Below are positions 41,341 through 55,440 of a stretch of 64,000 bases of DNA, in pieces. The stretch is from assembly GCF_006345805.1 (NCBI RefSeq), contig NC_043019.1, positions 26,845,360 to 26,909,359 on the forward strand. Reading direction: 5' to 3'. The stretch's first letter is position 1. Every line of letters begins with the position of its first letter. A program made the translations under genes and the position numbers. The DNA is from Octopus sinensis (taxonomy: Eukaryota). The notes under the pieces were generated by a model that saw only the letters and a program-made list of their open reading frames with translations, searched no databases and was not told the origin of the DNA.

Positions 41341-44300
41341 CAGTGAGGGAGGGAGAGTTAATGGGACAGGTTAAAATACAGTGGAAAAATTAGGGAAACA
41401 GAAAAATGGAACAGCACAATATTAATAAGGTTAAAGCCACTATGGCAAGGTTGTGGGGAGGAATGAATAGAGGTGTGGCAAGGCTAATATAATATAGATG
41501 TGTGTGTGTGCATGCATGATGCCGTTCTTGGGTCTATTGGATTCTGTCAAACTGGACAAACCATCCAGCATGGAACAATGGATATTAAATGATGATAATG
41601 ATGATGATGATGCACATACACACACTCACATAAATGTAAGCATCACCGTCATTTAATGTCCATCTTCCATGCTGGCATGGGTCGGACAGTTTGACAGGAA
41701 CTGGCAAGCCAGATGACTGCACCTAACTCTACTGTCTGTTTTGGCATGTCTTTTACGGGTGGATGCCCTTCCTAATGCCCACCACAATACAGATTGGACT
41801 GGGTGCTTATATGTCCAGCAAAGTATGCTCACCTCATTTCTTTCTGGTCTGCAGCAGCCCTTCGTATTTAGGGCCTACATCTTGCTACCATGCAGAAAGC
41901 AACATACAATGTAACACAGAATTTGAAGAAGAAACCCTTTATTACCAACAGAAATAATAGCTCACTAAACTTTCTCCAGCTTGTTCTTATTCAGGCCACC
42001 ACACTCTCAGAACACTTGACCCCACCCCTTCCATTATTGCTCATTAGGTCATCTAAGTAAAAAAAAAACTAGGGTACCATCTAGGCATTTGAGGGGATCT
42101 ATTTCCCAAGCACTCCTAGTGCTTATTGCCCTCGTGCATATAATTCATCTGAAATCTCACCTTCTCTATTAACCTACCTCTGATCCAAACTCCATCCTTC
42201 ATGTGTCCATTAATTTACACTGGACAAAGGCAGTGAGTTGGCAGAATCGTTAGTGTGGAATTATTTTTGTTTACATTTTGAACCATTTACATGAACTTGA
42301 GGGCATCAAAACCTTTTAAGTGCTTAGGGCCTCTCTGAGTCTTAATCTGGTCCTGGTGACAAAGCTTGAATGTTAATATGTTTACACTATATACTATATT
42401 TCTAAGGTTGTGAGCTGGCAGAAACGTTGCCACGACGGGTGAAATGCTTACTCTTTTACTTGTTTCAGTCATTTGATTGTGGGCATGCTGGAGCACCGCC
42501 TTTAGTTGAAGAAATCAACCACAGGACTTAGTCTTTGTAAGCCTAGTACTTATTCTATTGGTCTCTTTTGCCAAAATGTTAAGTTACGGGGATGTAAACA
42601 CACCAACATCGGTTGCCAAGCGATGTTGGGGGACAAACACAGATACACAAATATATACACACACAGTGGGACTGAACCCTGTAACTTAGTGGTTTGGCAA
42701 GAGACTGATAGAATAAGTACTAGGCTTACAAAGAATAAGTCCGGGGTCGATTTGCTTGATTAAAGGCAGTGCTCTAGCATGGCCACAGTCAAATGACTGA
42801 AACAAGTAAAAGAGTATAAGAGAGTAACACGTTTATACAGCCCTGTTGAACACCTGAAGGAATTCTGAAAGGATCAGAATTATTGCCCTAACAGTAAACT
42901 TTTGCTTGCATAGAGCTGTAATGTCCTCTAATTAGATTCAGCAGGTAATCCACTTGCAATCATGATATCTCAGTGTAATGTGGTTGACAGAATTAATGGC
43001 AATTGTGAAATCCTCAAAGACAATGAATTTTTATTTAGCTTCAATGCATCATCTGTCCTATGGAAACCAAACTGATTCAGTTATGGACATTGACTACACC
43101 ATTATCATTTAATGTCTGTCTTCCAAGCTGGCATGGGTTGGGAAATCTGCACAGCAGGACGATATCTTGGTTACAGTGTCTACCACATGGATGCCCCATT
43201 AATTACAGCATGAATGTTTATCACCCTTCTTAAAAGAAACTAAGAACTACATCCATCATTCCGGTCTTGTAGAAGAGATTCCATGTTCCAGACCAAGTGA
43301 TCACAAGGAGTAGCCATGGAGCCAAGATAAGAACAGGTTTGAAAACCTTCATGTCTAGAACATTTTCATCTGGACCCTTCTTCAGATTGTGCATAGTCCC
43401 GTGCACTTCCCTTATGGTTGGTGCATCTGTATTGCATATGTAAAGAATGGTATTTGTGGAGCTTATGTGTTGTCAGTTAGCAGGTGAGTCTTTGCTGAGT
43501 AGGATCACCCGAGCTTGAAATAACTGCCCCCAGGTCGTTTCATTTGTTGGTGGGCAGCCTTTCATGCAGTTTGAAAAACTGGCACAATTTTTGTGAGTTT
43601 CTGTAGGTGTATCTTCTAAGTTTAGCGCAACAGTCGGCGTACGTTAGAGCAATAGTCTGCTTATGTTCATTATGATTAAGTTTGTCTTGAGTAGTTGATA
43701 AGTGATAGCCGTGTTAATAGCGGCCTTCTCAGCAAGTTGCCCTAATATACAAACTTTTCAATTACACTTAGTAACTAAATCTTAAGTTTTCTGCTTCGAT
43801 ACCCATGACAGCTGGACCGTGGAGTGGGGAAATTATATGGGATTTTAGGTTACAACACCATGTTCTTTCACACCCGGATCTATTTAGAGGTGCCCGGTAA
43901 GCAAGAAGGACGCACGGGAGGGAGTTCGTTGAGTAGCTGAACATGCCATATGGATCGACCATGCCAGAGGGACGTCAACGTCAGCTGTCCAGTTCTGTAG
44001 ATACCGATCATATATGCAAGGGTACGCCGGAACTGGATGAAAGTTAACTTTTATATATATGTATGTGCGTGTTTGTGTGCTGTGTTTGTCCCCCTAGCAT
44101 TGCTTGACAACCGATGCTGGTGTGTTTACGTCCCCGTCACTTAGCGGTTCGGCAAAAAGAGACCGATAGACTAAGTACTGGGCTTACAAAGAATAAGTCC
44201 CGGGGTCGAGTTGCTCGACTAAAGGCGGTGCTCCAGCATGGCCGCAGTCAAATGACTGAAACAAGTAAAAGAGTAAAGAGTAAAAGAGTATATATATATT

Positions 44301-44610
44301 ACTCACACACACACACATATATGTATCTAAGTATACACACACACACATGGCTAATATCTTTTGTCATCTGAAAGAACGCATAGACGCGGGAAACTCCGAG
44401 TAGCGACTTCGTCAATCACCAGCTTCCAGTGTCTATATATCATATATATTTATGGTATATATGTTGCAGTGTGGTCACATTTATAGAAATAACATCAATC
44501 TCTACCAGCAGGCATTCATCTACGCCAATAAATACATAATGTAATAGAGAAACAGATCTATTTATTTATCTATATCGGTGCACGCACATACATACACAAA
44601 CACACATGCC

Positions 44611-44656
<46 letters not shown>

Positions 44657-45083
44657 CACGCACGCACACATCTGTGCATACACATACACATGCGATGAAC
44701 TAAATATACAAACACGGTGTAAGAGGAAACTGTGTCACTGTACATATTTAGAACCGTCAGTGTCAGCAGCAACAGCAGTCCCCCACCCCCCGTTTCCGAG
44801 ACCATACACACACACACACATACATACAATCATAGATTTCAGTATGTGTGTATGTGCGCGTGTGTAAACACACACACATTCACATACAAATGCACACATA
44901 TGTGTACAAGTATGTGCGTGTGTAAACATATGTGTGTGTGTGTTGATGGAAGAGATCGTAAAAGAAAAACATTATCATTATCATTACAAGCAGCAGTGGG
45001 ATAACTTTTATGATGATTGTCAATAACAATAAATAGTAAATTAGAAATATCGTTGAGGATTAGGTTGACGATATGGTGGTTAC

Positions 45084-45244
45084 CTTGAAGAAGTGGAGGC
45101 GAGTTTAGAAGCCAATGGACGCGTGGATATACAGCTTGTGTGGGACATCGCCTTTAACCAAAATAATAAACCAAAAGGAAAACACGCACTAAGCCAGCCA
45201 ACATTGGTGTGTTTGGGCCCCACGACCCACGAAACATCTGAGGT
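45084..45244. promoter_or_regulatory. Candidate bidirectional promoter with divergent non-coding first exons
   Basis: Outward-facing donors AAG|GTAACC (minus, exon end 45084) and GAG|GTGAGT (plus, exon end 45242) flank CCAAT at about 45112, ATTGG at about 45203, GACGCGT and TGGGCCC in CpG-rich unique DNA. Confidence 0.45.
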
Positions 45245-45965
45245 GAGTGTCAGATCTAAGCAGGGAGAAAGGGGTGAGAGACGTGGTTGGAGGAAAGAGG
45301 AAGAGAGAGAGAGAAAGAATAGAGAGGGAGACGAGAGAGGACATATGTAGAAAGAAAGAGGAAGAGAGAGAGAGAGAAAGAATAGAGAGGGAGACGAGAG
45401 AGGACATATGTAGAAAGAAAGAGAGAGGACGTGTATATGTGTGTGTGTGTGTGTTTATTTATATATAGAGAGAGGGGGAGATATAAGGATTATAATAGAG
45501 GATGAGTGAGAGGAGAAGCCATGATAAAGAGTGGTGCCCAACGTAGTTGAGGTAGCTCCTTTATGGTAGATTCGTTTGCTAGAAATAGCATCCAAATGTC
45601 TTCAAATTTTAGACTTTATGTTAAAAAAGGAAGGACATTAGATAGTAACAGTCTTAAACATAATGTCTTATTAAAGAAAAATATGTACACACGCTTTTGA
45701 TCCAAAGCCTATCGAAATAACACTACAACCCTCAGATCCAACGAAAGGAGGGGAGAGCCTAAACGTGATCGCACGATTCACTAGAAATAACAGCCAAATC
45801 TCTCTTAAATTACGGCACTGCCGTCTTTAAAAAAAGTCACATTGGCTAGTGTATTCTTAGTTGCACAAGGTCTGAATAAAAAACAGGATGGTTATGGTTG
45901 GAACGTCTTTGAGCATAGATATTATAGATCAGACCTGATATGGGGCGAAGTAACGACAATACACT

Positions 45966-46135
45966 ATATAAATACGCGCCGCGTGTACACAGAATGCTGT
46001 GTGCCGCGTCATCAAAGATTGGGGCCTTGGAAATAGTTTGGTCTAGATTCCAGGCAAGTCGCGCCTGGTAATTCTACCTCGGGGTTCTCATTGTGATCGG
46101 CAGTGTGTAGAGGAAACATTCCTTCTGTTTTTTTT
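45966..46135 (+). ncRNA. Candidate structured non-coding RNA or conserved element (unassigned)
   Basis: TATATAAATA followed by GC/CpG-rich unique sequence with several hairpins, ending in a hairpin and a long T run. No recognised snRNA, 7SL or tRNA motif. Confidence 0.3.
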
Positions 46136-46227
46136 AAATTTTTAATGTTAGAATATGAAATCATGGCACCTGGAAGGTGTCAGCTGTTTCTACCGGCCTC
46201 AAGCTCGCGCGCACACACACTCACAAA

Positions 46228-46261
<34 letters not shown>

Positions 46262-46739
46262 CATGCATAGGCATACCTACACAAGTGTGCCCCGCCTGTC
46301 CAACTTCGCTCATAGCTTTCGAAGAAATGGTTATTTTTTTATAAAATTCTCTACAAATATCTTTCAGATGGTGTATATTCTGATTACATCGGAATGTAAT
46401 ATAAATAATAATGATAATAATCGGTGGGCGCGTGCAAATACATACTAAAGACACACGTCACATATATATCTACAAAATGAAATTTGAAATTTTGAAAAAA
46501 TTCATACGATGAGTGTGCACCCGCAATTTTTTATTATTATTATTATTAGTATTATTATTAAATTCCGATATAATCATCATCTGAAAAATATATTTCCTTT
46601 GTTCTGACAAAAAGTGATGGATCGTCTTTGCATGCATTGGTATTTGACTACCGATGATTCTTGGATTTGATTTCGAATCCAAGCTTAGAGAAGGAAGTGC
46701 TAACTCTTACACACCCTAAGCTAAGTTCCTTAACATGGA

Positions 46740-46990
46740 AGAGATATTGACACAGTGTGGCCGCTACTGGTTTGGGTATGAGCAAAGAACAGGGAAAACT
46801 TGCTTGTAAAGAAGACTATTTTATTAACAGGTGGCTGGAGGTGGGAGAAATCGGAGTAGATTCCAGAGTGAGATACAAGGATGTGAGCAAAAATAACTTG
46901 AGACCCGCTGAGGGATCAGGGCAGCCCAAGACAGAGAAACTCAGGGAAGAGACCGATCCATCTATGATGGGAGAACTCGAGACCATACAC
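46740..46990 (+). mobile_element. Degenerate RTE-like LINE C-terminal fragment
   Basis: ...GEIGVDSRVRYKDVSKNNLR resembles the RTE motif GRPxLRYKDVxKRDxK. Confidence 0.5.
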
Positions 46991-47012
46991 GCGTGTGCAT
47001 ACACACACATGA

Positions 47013-47068
<56 letters not shown>

Positions 47069-47070
47069 CG

Positions 47071-47145
<75 letters not shown>

Positions 47146-48719
47146 TAGCGAGGTAGATAGATAGATAGAAATCGTTCAATAGTATATTTCTGGTTTTGGC
47201 ATATAACAGGCCAGTCATATGCCATAACCAGCAAGACTGCCGGACAATATAAAACTTTAATTATTCAAATTCTCCTTCAGTGTGTGTTTGTGTGTACAAA
47301 TGCAAACGTACACATAATGTCACCGCTTAACCATTAATGTTTACTGAGCCTATATATGGTCGCACATACTGCTAGTAATAGCTCAAAACCATGCTATACC
47401 GTGCCGTCTTAGAGAAGGTCAGGTACGATAACGTGGTCCCAGATTTATCTGCACGGTTTCTTTCGTCATAAGTCGCCTTACTCAATTAAGATTAACCCGC
47501 GGCTAAACAACAACATTGCTAATTTGGCGGCATGCTTGTTAATCTTCGCATGGTTCTTATATCTTTCTCATGTAACACTATCAGCCTTACATTCGTCCAG
47601 TCACCATCTGCCAACCAGCCACTCACCCACCTGTACACTGTTCAGTGAGGTTTTATATTGCTTACGTTTACCTGCCGATCTTAATAAACGGAGGTAGTTG
47701 AGGACGTGGCATCGTTCAAGATGTGTAAATAAAACGATAATTACAAATAAGAATATGTTATATATTCTTTGTATTTCTTTGTAATTTAAAAAGCACAGGT
47801 GGGTCTGGATCTATCGAACACGATCATTTGCGCATATCACGCTGTGGTCGCGAACCCGGAACCTCGTAATTGAGAAGCGAATAACTTGAACATTTAGCCA
47901 TACCGATTTATTATTTTATTTTTATTCATACGTTTACATACATGCATGCACACACACACAAAATGGTTGAAATATGAGCTTGAAGGGAATCAGAAAAAAA
48001 GTGTAGCATCCATGTTAATGAATGTTGGAATCGTAGGCGAATGACCAATTACATGTGGCATTGAATCAATCTTGATAAAGTCCAGCATTTTAGAACACCA
48101 TGTGCCAGACATCTCAATGAGAAACAGGTGTGTGGAAAGCAGCATGCAGAAACCAGTGTGTGTGTGTGTGTGTGTGTAATATATTAATATACATGTATGT
48201 GTGTGTATATAGATATATAATATATTAATATATGTGTGTGTGTGTGTGTGTGGACGGTGAGCTGGCAGAATCGTTAGCACATTGGGCGAAATGCTTAGCA
48301 GTATTTCGGCTACCGTCATGTTCTGAGTTCAAATTCTGCCAAAGTCAACTTTGCTTTTCATCCTTTTGGGATTGATTAAATAAGTACCAGTTACGATGCA
48401 GCACGGATTTTGTCAGTGAACAGGTTGTGGTCTTAAAGCGACGAAAATATTTTAACAAATTAAACTTAAATGTTGAAGTGAATCGAACGGCTTTTGTGTG
48501 TTTCTTAAATGGCTTACAAACACCTTCCACGCTGCAATTGTTTTCGTTTCAGCACACGATCTCAGATCAGGTCACTTGCTATGCAAGTACATCTCCGTAG
48601 TTACGTACTGTTGTTGATGTAATCAACTTAATCCCTTTGTCTGTCCTTGTTTGTCCCCTCTATGTTTAACCCCCTGTGGGCAATAAATAAATAAATATAT
48701 ATATATTTCCTTTTGTTCT

Positions 48720-49048
48720 TGGGAAAACAAAGCATCAGAAAGCAAAACCTGGCGCCAATCCTGCTTCTCCTCAGTTCAAAAATTTGAGCAAAATCAACTC
48801 CAAAACTGAGACCAACTTCATGCAAGCATGAAGACACGCTGGCAAAATGCTGCTCCTCTAAATGAAAACCTTACCTGTCATTGTGGTTTTGTGGTATGAA
48901 GCAAAGCGGGCCTGGCCATTCACTCAAAAAAACACTTAGTAAATAATCCACAAACACTCAAACAAACTGAGTGCTCAACTTGTTCCATTTGCCAAAAGGT
49001 TTGCAAGGAACCAGCAGGCCTCAAGAGACACGTTTGTGCCCATTGAAC
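48720..49048 (+). mobile_element. RTE/BovB-like LINE C-terminal fragment with CCHH zinc-finger remnants
   Basis: SKTWRQSC...FEQ...LTCHCGF..SKAGLAIH...CSICQKVCKEPAGLKRHVCAH*, with internal stops. Confidence 0.7.
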
Positions 49049-49093
49049 AGGATCAATGCTTTTTTTACTCTCATTTATCGTCCATGACAAGAG

Positions 49094-49127
<34 letters not shown>

Positions 49128-49347
49128 CTTTACTCTTTTACTTGTTTCAGTCATGTGACTGTGGCCATGCTGGAGCACCGCCTTCAGTCGAGCAAACTGA
49201 CCCCAAGACATATTCTTTGTAAGCCTAGTACTTATTCTATCGGTCCCTTTTGCCGAACCACTAAGTTACGAGGGCGTAAACACACCAGCATCGGTTGTTA
49301 AGCAATGTTGGGGGGACAAACACAGATACACAAACATATACACACAC

Positions 49348-49378
<31 letters not shown>

Positions 49379-50324
49379 CAAGCCTCATACAATCTACCTT
49401 TCACCCAGAGAGCAAAGCCTTTCATTACAAATGGAGGTAATAATTTTCTGAACTTTCTCCAGCCAGTTCTTATCCTAGCAATTTACCCCATATGTAGCAT
49501 ATATATATATATATGGCCTATGCTAGGGGTGTAACTAGTCCACTTATGCATGCCTTTCTTCATTGGACACTAAACTCAGCTTGCGAAGACCAGTTGAGGC
49601 AAGTGAAATCGAAATCAAAGTCAAAATCAAATCCGTTGCTAGTGGAGCACTAAGAGTACCATACGAGTGAGATCGTTGCCAGAGCAACAAGCTGGCCTTC
49701 ATGCCGATGGCATGTTAAGCACACCATTCGAGCGTGATCGTTACCGAGTTGCCTTACTAGCACTTGTGCTGGTGGCACGTGAAACATTTGAGCGAGGTCG
49801 TTGCCAGTGCCACTGGACTGGCTCCTGTGCAGGTGGCACATAAAAAGCACCATTTGGGCGTGGCCATTGCCAGTACCACCAAACTGGCCCTCGTGCCGGT
49901 GGCACGTAAAAGCATCCACTACACTCTCGGAGTGGTTGGCGTTAGGAAGGGCATCCAGCTGTAGAAACTCTGCCAGATCAGATTGGAGTCTGGTTCGCCA
50001 GACCTCAGTCAAATCTTCCAACTGATGCTAGCATGGAAAGCGGACATTAAATGATGATGATGATGATATATATATATATGTAAAAGCGCCTGTGCAATGC
50101 TATGTAACAGTGCTTGTGTGATGCCATATAATAGTGCCCATGCAGTGGTATGTAAAAGCACCCAGCACATTCTGCAAAGTGGTTGGTGTTAGGAAGGGCA
50201 TCCAGCCATAGAAATCATGCCCAAACAGACTGGGGTCTGGTGTAGCCTACCAGCTTGGTCAAACTCTTCAACCCATGCCAGCATGGACAACAGATGGTGA
50301 TGATGATGATGATGATGATACATA

Positions 50325-50625
<301 letters not shown>

Positions 50626-53032
50626 CAAACATATTAGTTTCAAGTGTTTCTTTACCATCAGGTTAAGGATATAATTGGGAAGGAGAAGGTTGTGAAATGA
50701 TAGTAAAAGTAAAATGAAAGTGAGCAGAAGGACGAGTAGAATATGTGTCATACTTAACTGGAGTAGCATACAGGGAAAGAGTAAGAGAATTCAAATGAGA
50801 GTGAATTGGAGTGAGCAGTATGACAAGGAATAACAGGTATATTGACAGAAAATCAGATAATAACTGTATCCCTAACCTTATATACACAGATATGCACATT
50901 CTTTTATTATTTTACTTGTTTCAGTCATCTTGACTGCAGCCATGCTGGAGCACCGCATTTAGTCGAACAAATTGACCCCAGGATTTATTCTTTGTAAGCC
51001 TAGCACTTATCCTATGGGTCTCTTTTGCTGAACCGCTAAGTTATGGGGACCTAAACACACCAACATCGGTTGTCAAGCAATGGCGAGGGGACAAACACAG
51101 ACACACACACATAAAGTAACAAACTGAGGAAAAGGAATCTTTCAAAGGGGTGTGTTAGACATCCAGTTCACTGGTACATCAGTTGGATACCACATAACTT
51201 TATACACACACACACATACATATATTTATACAAAGAGCTTCTCTCAGTTTCCGTCTACCAAATCCACTCACAAGGCTTTGGTTGGCCTGAGGCTATAGTA
51301 GAAGACATTTTACCAAAGTGCCACGCAGTGGCACTGAACCTGGAACCATGTGGTTTGGTAAGCAAGCTACTTACCATACAATGCGTAGATATAAGGATAT
51401 AATATATATATGTATATTTATATATAGACACATACTACATATATACTGACATTTCTCTGTGATTATAAAGCTAGCATATCCCAACTACATGGTTGTGGGT
51501 TCAGTCCCACAGCAAAGCACCTTTGATGAGTGTCTTCTGCGATAGACTGGGGCCGATGAAAGGTCATGTGGGTAGATTTGGTAAAGCAAAATGATAAGAA
51601 ACCCCCTTATACATGTACTCATATATGTGCACACACATACACACACATGCACATGTATATGTGTGTGTGTCTATAAATGTATGTATGTATGTAGTTCTCT
51701 TTCTCCTTTTTGATTAAGAATTACTTTTCACTGGTCACCTACTCATTAGCAAGGGTGTGAAAGAAAGCATCTTGTTTTCTTAATCATCCTTTAAATCTTA
51801 AGAAGGTGTTGCAGACTTTTATAATCCCAGATATTTCTTACCATTTGTAGTGTATTAATTAAAGAATTGCATTCTCTCCCCAAAAACCTAAGTCCAGCTC
51901 TACGTTGCTCCAGACAGAGTTATAATAATAATAAAAATAATAATAATGAAATTCATGCCGGTGGCACGTAAAAAGCACCATCCGTTCGTGGCCGTTGCCA
52001 GCCTCGCCTGGCCCCCGTGCCGGTGGCATGTAAAAAGCACCATCCGATGGTGGCTGTTGCAGGCCCCGCCTGGCCCCCGTGCCGGTGGCATGTAAAAAGC
52101 ACCATCCGTCCGTGGCCGTTTGCCAGCCCCGTCTGGCACCTGGTGCGGGTGGCACGTAAAAAGCACCCACTACACTCATGGAGTGGTTGGCGTTAGGAAG
52201 GGCATCCAGCCGTAGAAACACTGCCAGATCAGACTGGGCCTGATGCAGCCTTCTGGCTTCCCAGGCCCCAGTTGAACCGTCCAACCCATGGAAAGCGGAC
52301 GCTAAATGATGATGATGATGATGATTGTATACAATGCTCAGGTGCACCACAACTTGTCAAAAGTGCATATAAAGCATATGCAGTAATGTACAAATGTCTG
52401 GAAAAGGGACAGTGTATGAGTCAGATACATGCTTGCGTGTGTATGGAGGGGAGAAAATCAGGTGTAGTGTTGGCGAATCTCAGAAAGCATGGAAGTTTTG
52501 AAGGATGCAGTGCTCCGACAACTAACAACTGATGCTGGCAGTTTGTTCCATACTCCAGCAACTCTTAGCGTGAAAAAATGTCATAGGTTCATAAAACCTG
52601 AGTCATACGTTGATAAGGCTGTTTTCCAGATTCCGTAGATCCATTTTCTGGATTTTGTGGTATATATTATATTCCACTCACATCACAAAATTATTCATTT
52701 TAGCCAGCAGAATGGACAAGGGTAATATGAAACAAAAGTAATTTGCTTAAGAATACAATGCTTAGCTCTATCCAGGATTTGAAACTACAACCTTACAATC
52801 ATCAGTGAAACACACTAACCTCTTAACCACATGCTTCCATATATAGTAAGATGGTGAGTCACATTTACCTCTGCCTGTAATCTTCCACTCTCAGACAATA
52901 CTGAGTACGCAATAAAAAGAATTTCATACAACCTTCCAAACTTTTTTTACAGACGAACTATAATTATTTTCATTAAATTGGTGACAAATGGTATAGGAAT
53001 CAAATGATACTATTCAATAAATTAGTAATAAT

Positions 53033-53067
<35 letters not shown>

Positions 53068-53829
53068 TAATGGTTTCAAATTTTGGCACAAGGCCAGGAA
53101 TTTTGGGGGTGGGGGCAGGAGTAAGTTGGTTACATTGACCCTGGTGCTTGAAAGGTAAAGTTGACCTTGGTGGCATTTAAATTCGACATAAAGAGCTGGA
53201 AGAAATTCTGCTTAGCATTTGTTTCTGCCAACTCATTGTTTTGATAATACAAATAATGGTTTCAGATGTTGGCTGAAGGCCAGTGATTTGAGGGGAGGGG
53301 AAAGTTGATTACATCAACCCACAGTTTTCCACTGGTACTTATTTTATTGGCCCTGAAAGGTCGAAAAGCAAAGTCGGCCCTGACAGAATTTGAACCGAGA
53401 AGAAATGGAAGAAATTGTGCAAAGTATTTTTTCCCGGCGTGGTAGCGATTTAACCAGTTCACTACCTTGATTGTAATAAGCCTTTCTATTATTGGCGCAA
53501 GGCCTGAAATTTGGGGGAGGGGAATAGGTGATTACATTGACCCCCCCCAGTATTCAACTGGTACTTAATTTATCAACCCTGAAAAGATAAAAAGTAAAGT
53601 TGACCTTGGTGGAATTTGAACTCAGAATGTAGCAACAGGCAAAATACCACTAAGCATTTCGTCCAGCATGCTAACGACTCTGCCAATGCCCCTTACCTTG
53701 ATTGTAATAATAACAAAGGCAGTAAGCTGGCAGAATCGTTAGCATGCTGGGCAAAATGCTGCCTTGACATTCTGAGTTCAAATTCTGCCAAAATCAACTT
53801 TGCCTTTCATACTTTCTGTGTCGATAAAT

Positions 53830-53996
53830 TACCATATTTTAAGATGTATAAGGAACCCTCTAATTTTTGGGGGCTTAAAATTTGGAAAAAAAGTTTTGTA
53901 AGGGATTATGATGCTATCCATGTATAAGAAACTCCCATATTTTTTAAACCTAATTTTTGACAAAAAAGGGTTCCTTATACACGTTAAAATACAGTA
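53830..53996. mobile_element. Tc1/pogo-type MITE inserted at a TA inside a SINE
   Basis: Ends TACCATATTTTAAGATGTATAAGGAACCC / GGGTTCCTTATACACGTTAAAATACAGTA (including the TA TSD); splits the SINE motif GATAAAT-TA-AGTACCAG. Confidence 0.8.
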
Positions 53997-55440
53997 AGTA
54001 CCAGTGAAATACCGGGGTTGATGTAATTGATTAGTCCTCTCCCCTAAAATTTAAAGCCTTGTGCCTTTAGTAAAAAGGATTATTATTATTAAGGTGGTGA
54101 GCTGGTAGAATGGTTAGCATGCCTGACAAATGGTTAGCAACATTTTGTCCATTGTAACATTCTGAGTTCAAATTCCGCCAGGGTTGACTTTGTCTTACAT
54201 CCTTTTGGGGTTGATAAATTAAGTACCAATGAAATATGGGGTCGATGTAATTGATTAGTCCTCTCCCCTAAAATTAAAGCCTTGTGCCTTTAGTAAAAAG
54301 GATTATTATTATTAAGGTGGTGAGCTGGTAGAATGGTTAGCATGCCTGACAAAATGGTTAGCAACATTTTGTCCATTGTAACATTCTGAGTTCAAATTCC
54401 GCCAGGGTTGACTTTGTCTTACATCCTTTTGGGGTTGATAAATTAAGTACCAATGAAATACTGGGGTCGATGTAATTGATTAGTCCTCTCCCCTAAAATT
54501 TAAAGCCTTGTGCCTTTAGTAAAAAGGATTATTATTATTAAGGTGGTGAGCTGGTAGAATGGTTAGCATGCCTGACAAAATGGTTAGCAACATTTTGTCC
54601 ATTGTAACATTCTGAGTTCAAATTCCGCCAGGGTTGACTTTGTCTTACATCCTTTTGGGGTTGATAAATTAAGTACCAATGAAATACTGGGGTCGATGTA
54701 ATTGATTAGTCCTCTCCCCTAAAATTTAAAGCCTTGTGCCTTTAGTAAAAAGGATTATTATTATTAAGGTGGTGAGCTGGTAGAATGGTTAGCATGCCTG
54801 ACAAAATGGTTAGCAACATTTTGTCCATTGTAACATTCTGAGTTCAAATTCCGCCAGGGTTGACTTTGTCTTACATCCTTTTGGGGTTGATAAATTAAGT
54901 ACCAATGAAATACTGGGGTCGATGTAATTGATTAGTCCTCTCCCCTAAAATTTAAAGCCTTGTGCCTTTAGTAAAAAGGATTATTATTATTAAGGTGGTG
55001 AGCTGGTAGAATGGTTAGCATGCCTGACAAAATGGTTAGCAACATTTTGTCCATTGTAACATTCTGAGTTCAAATTCCGCCAGGGTTGACTTTGTCTTAC
55101 ATCCTTTTGGGGTTGATAAATTAAGTACCAATGAAATACTGGGGTCGATGTAATTGATTAGTCCTCTCCCCTAAAATTTAAAGCCTTGTGCCTTTAGTAA
55201 AAAGGATTATTATTATTAAGGTGGTGAGCTGGTAGAATGGTTAGCATGCCTGACAAAATGGTTAGCAACATTTTGTCCATTGTAACATTCTGAGTTCAAA
55301 TTCCGCCAGGGTTGACTTTGTCTTACATCCTTTTGGGGTTGATAAATTAAGTACCAATGAAATACTGGGGTCGATGTAATCAACTAGTCCCCTTGCCCCA
55401 TATTTCAGACCTTGTGCTTTTTGTAGAAAGGATTATAATG
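53996..55440 (+). repeat. Tandem array of about 6.4 x 226-bp units made of tRNA-derived SINE sequence with (ATT)n tails
   Basis: SINE heads AAGGTGGTGAGCTGG at 54091, 54314, 54540, 54766, 54992 and 55218; units nearly identical. Confidence 0.93.

Noticed and set aside
43190-44050. HDV-like or hammerhead ribozyme, or a LINE 5' end
   Set aside because: An L3-like CTCCCGT is present but its flanks do not form P3, and there is no CTGATGA/GAAA core. Translations were too degenerate to classify.
45920-45960. Gapped resemblance to 28S rRNA (CAGACCTG..GGGGCGAA) or a C/D snoRNA guide on the minus strand
   Set aside because: The stretch aligns better with the degenerate tail of a dispersed repeat (GGATGGT..GG.TGGAA...GATCAG...GGGGCTAAACAAC) also seen at about 47.5 kb. 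There is no terminal stem for a snoRNA.
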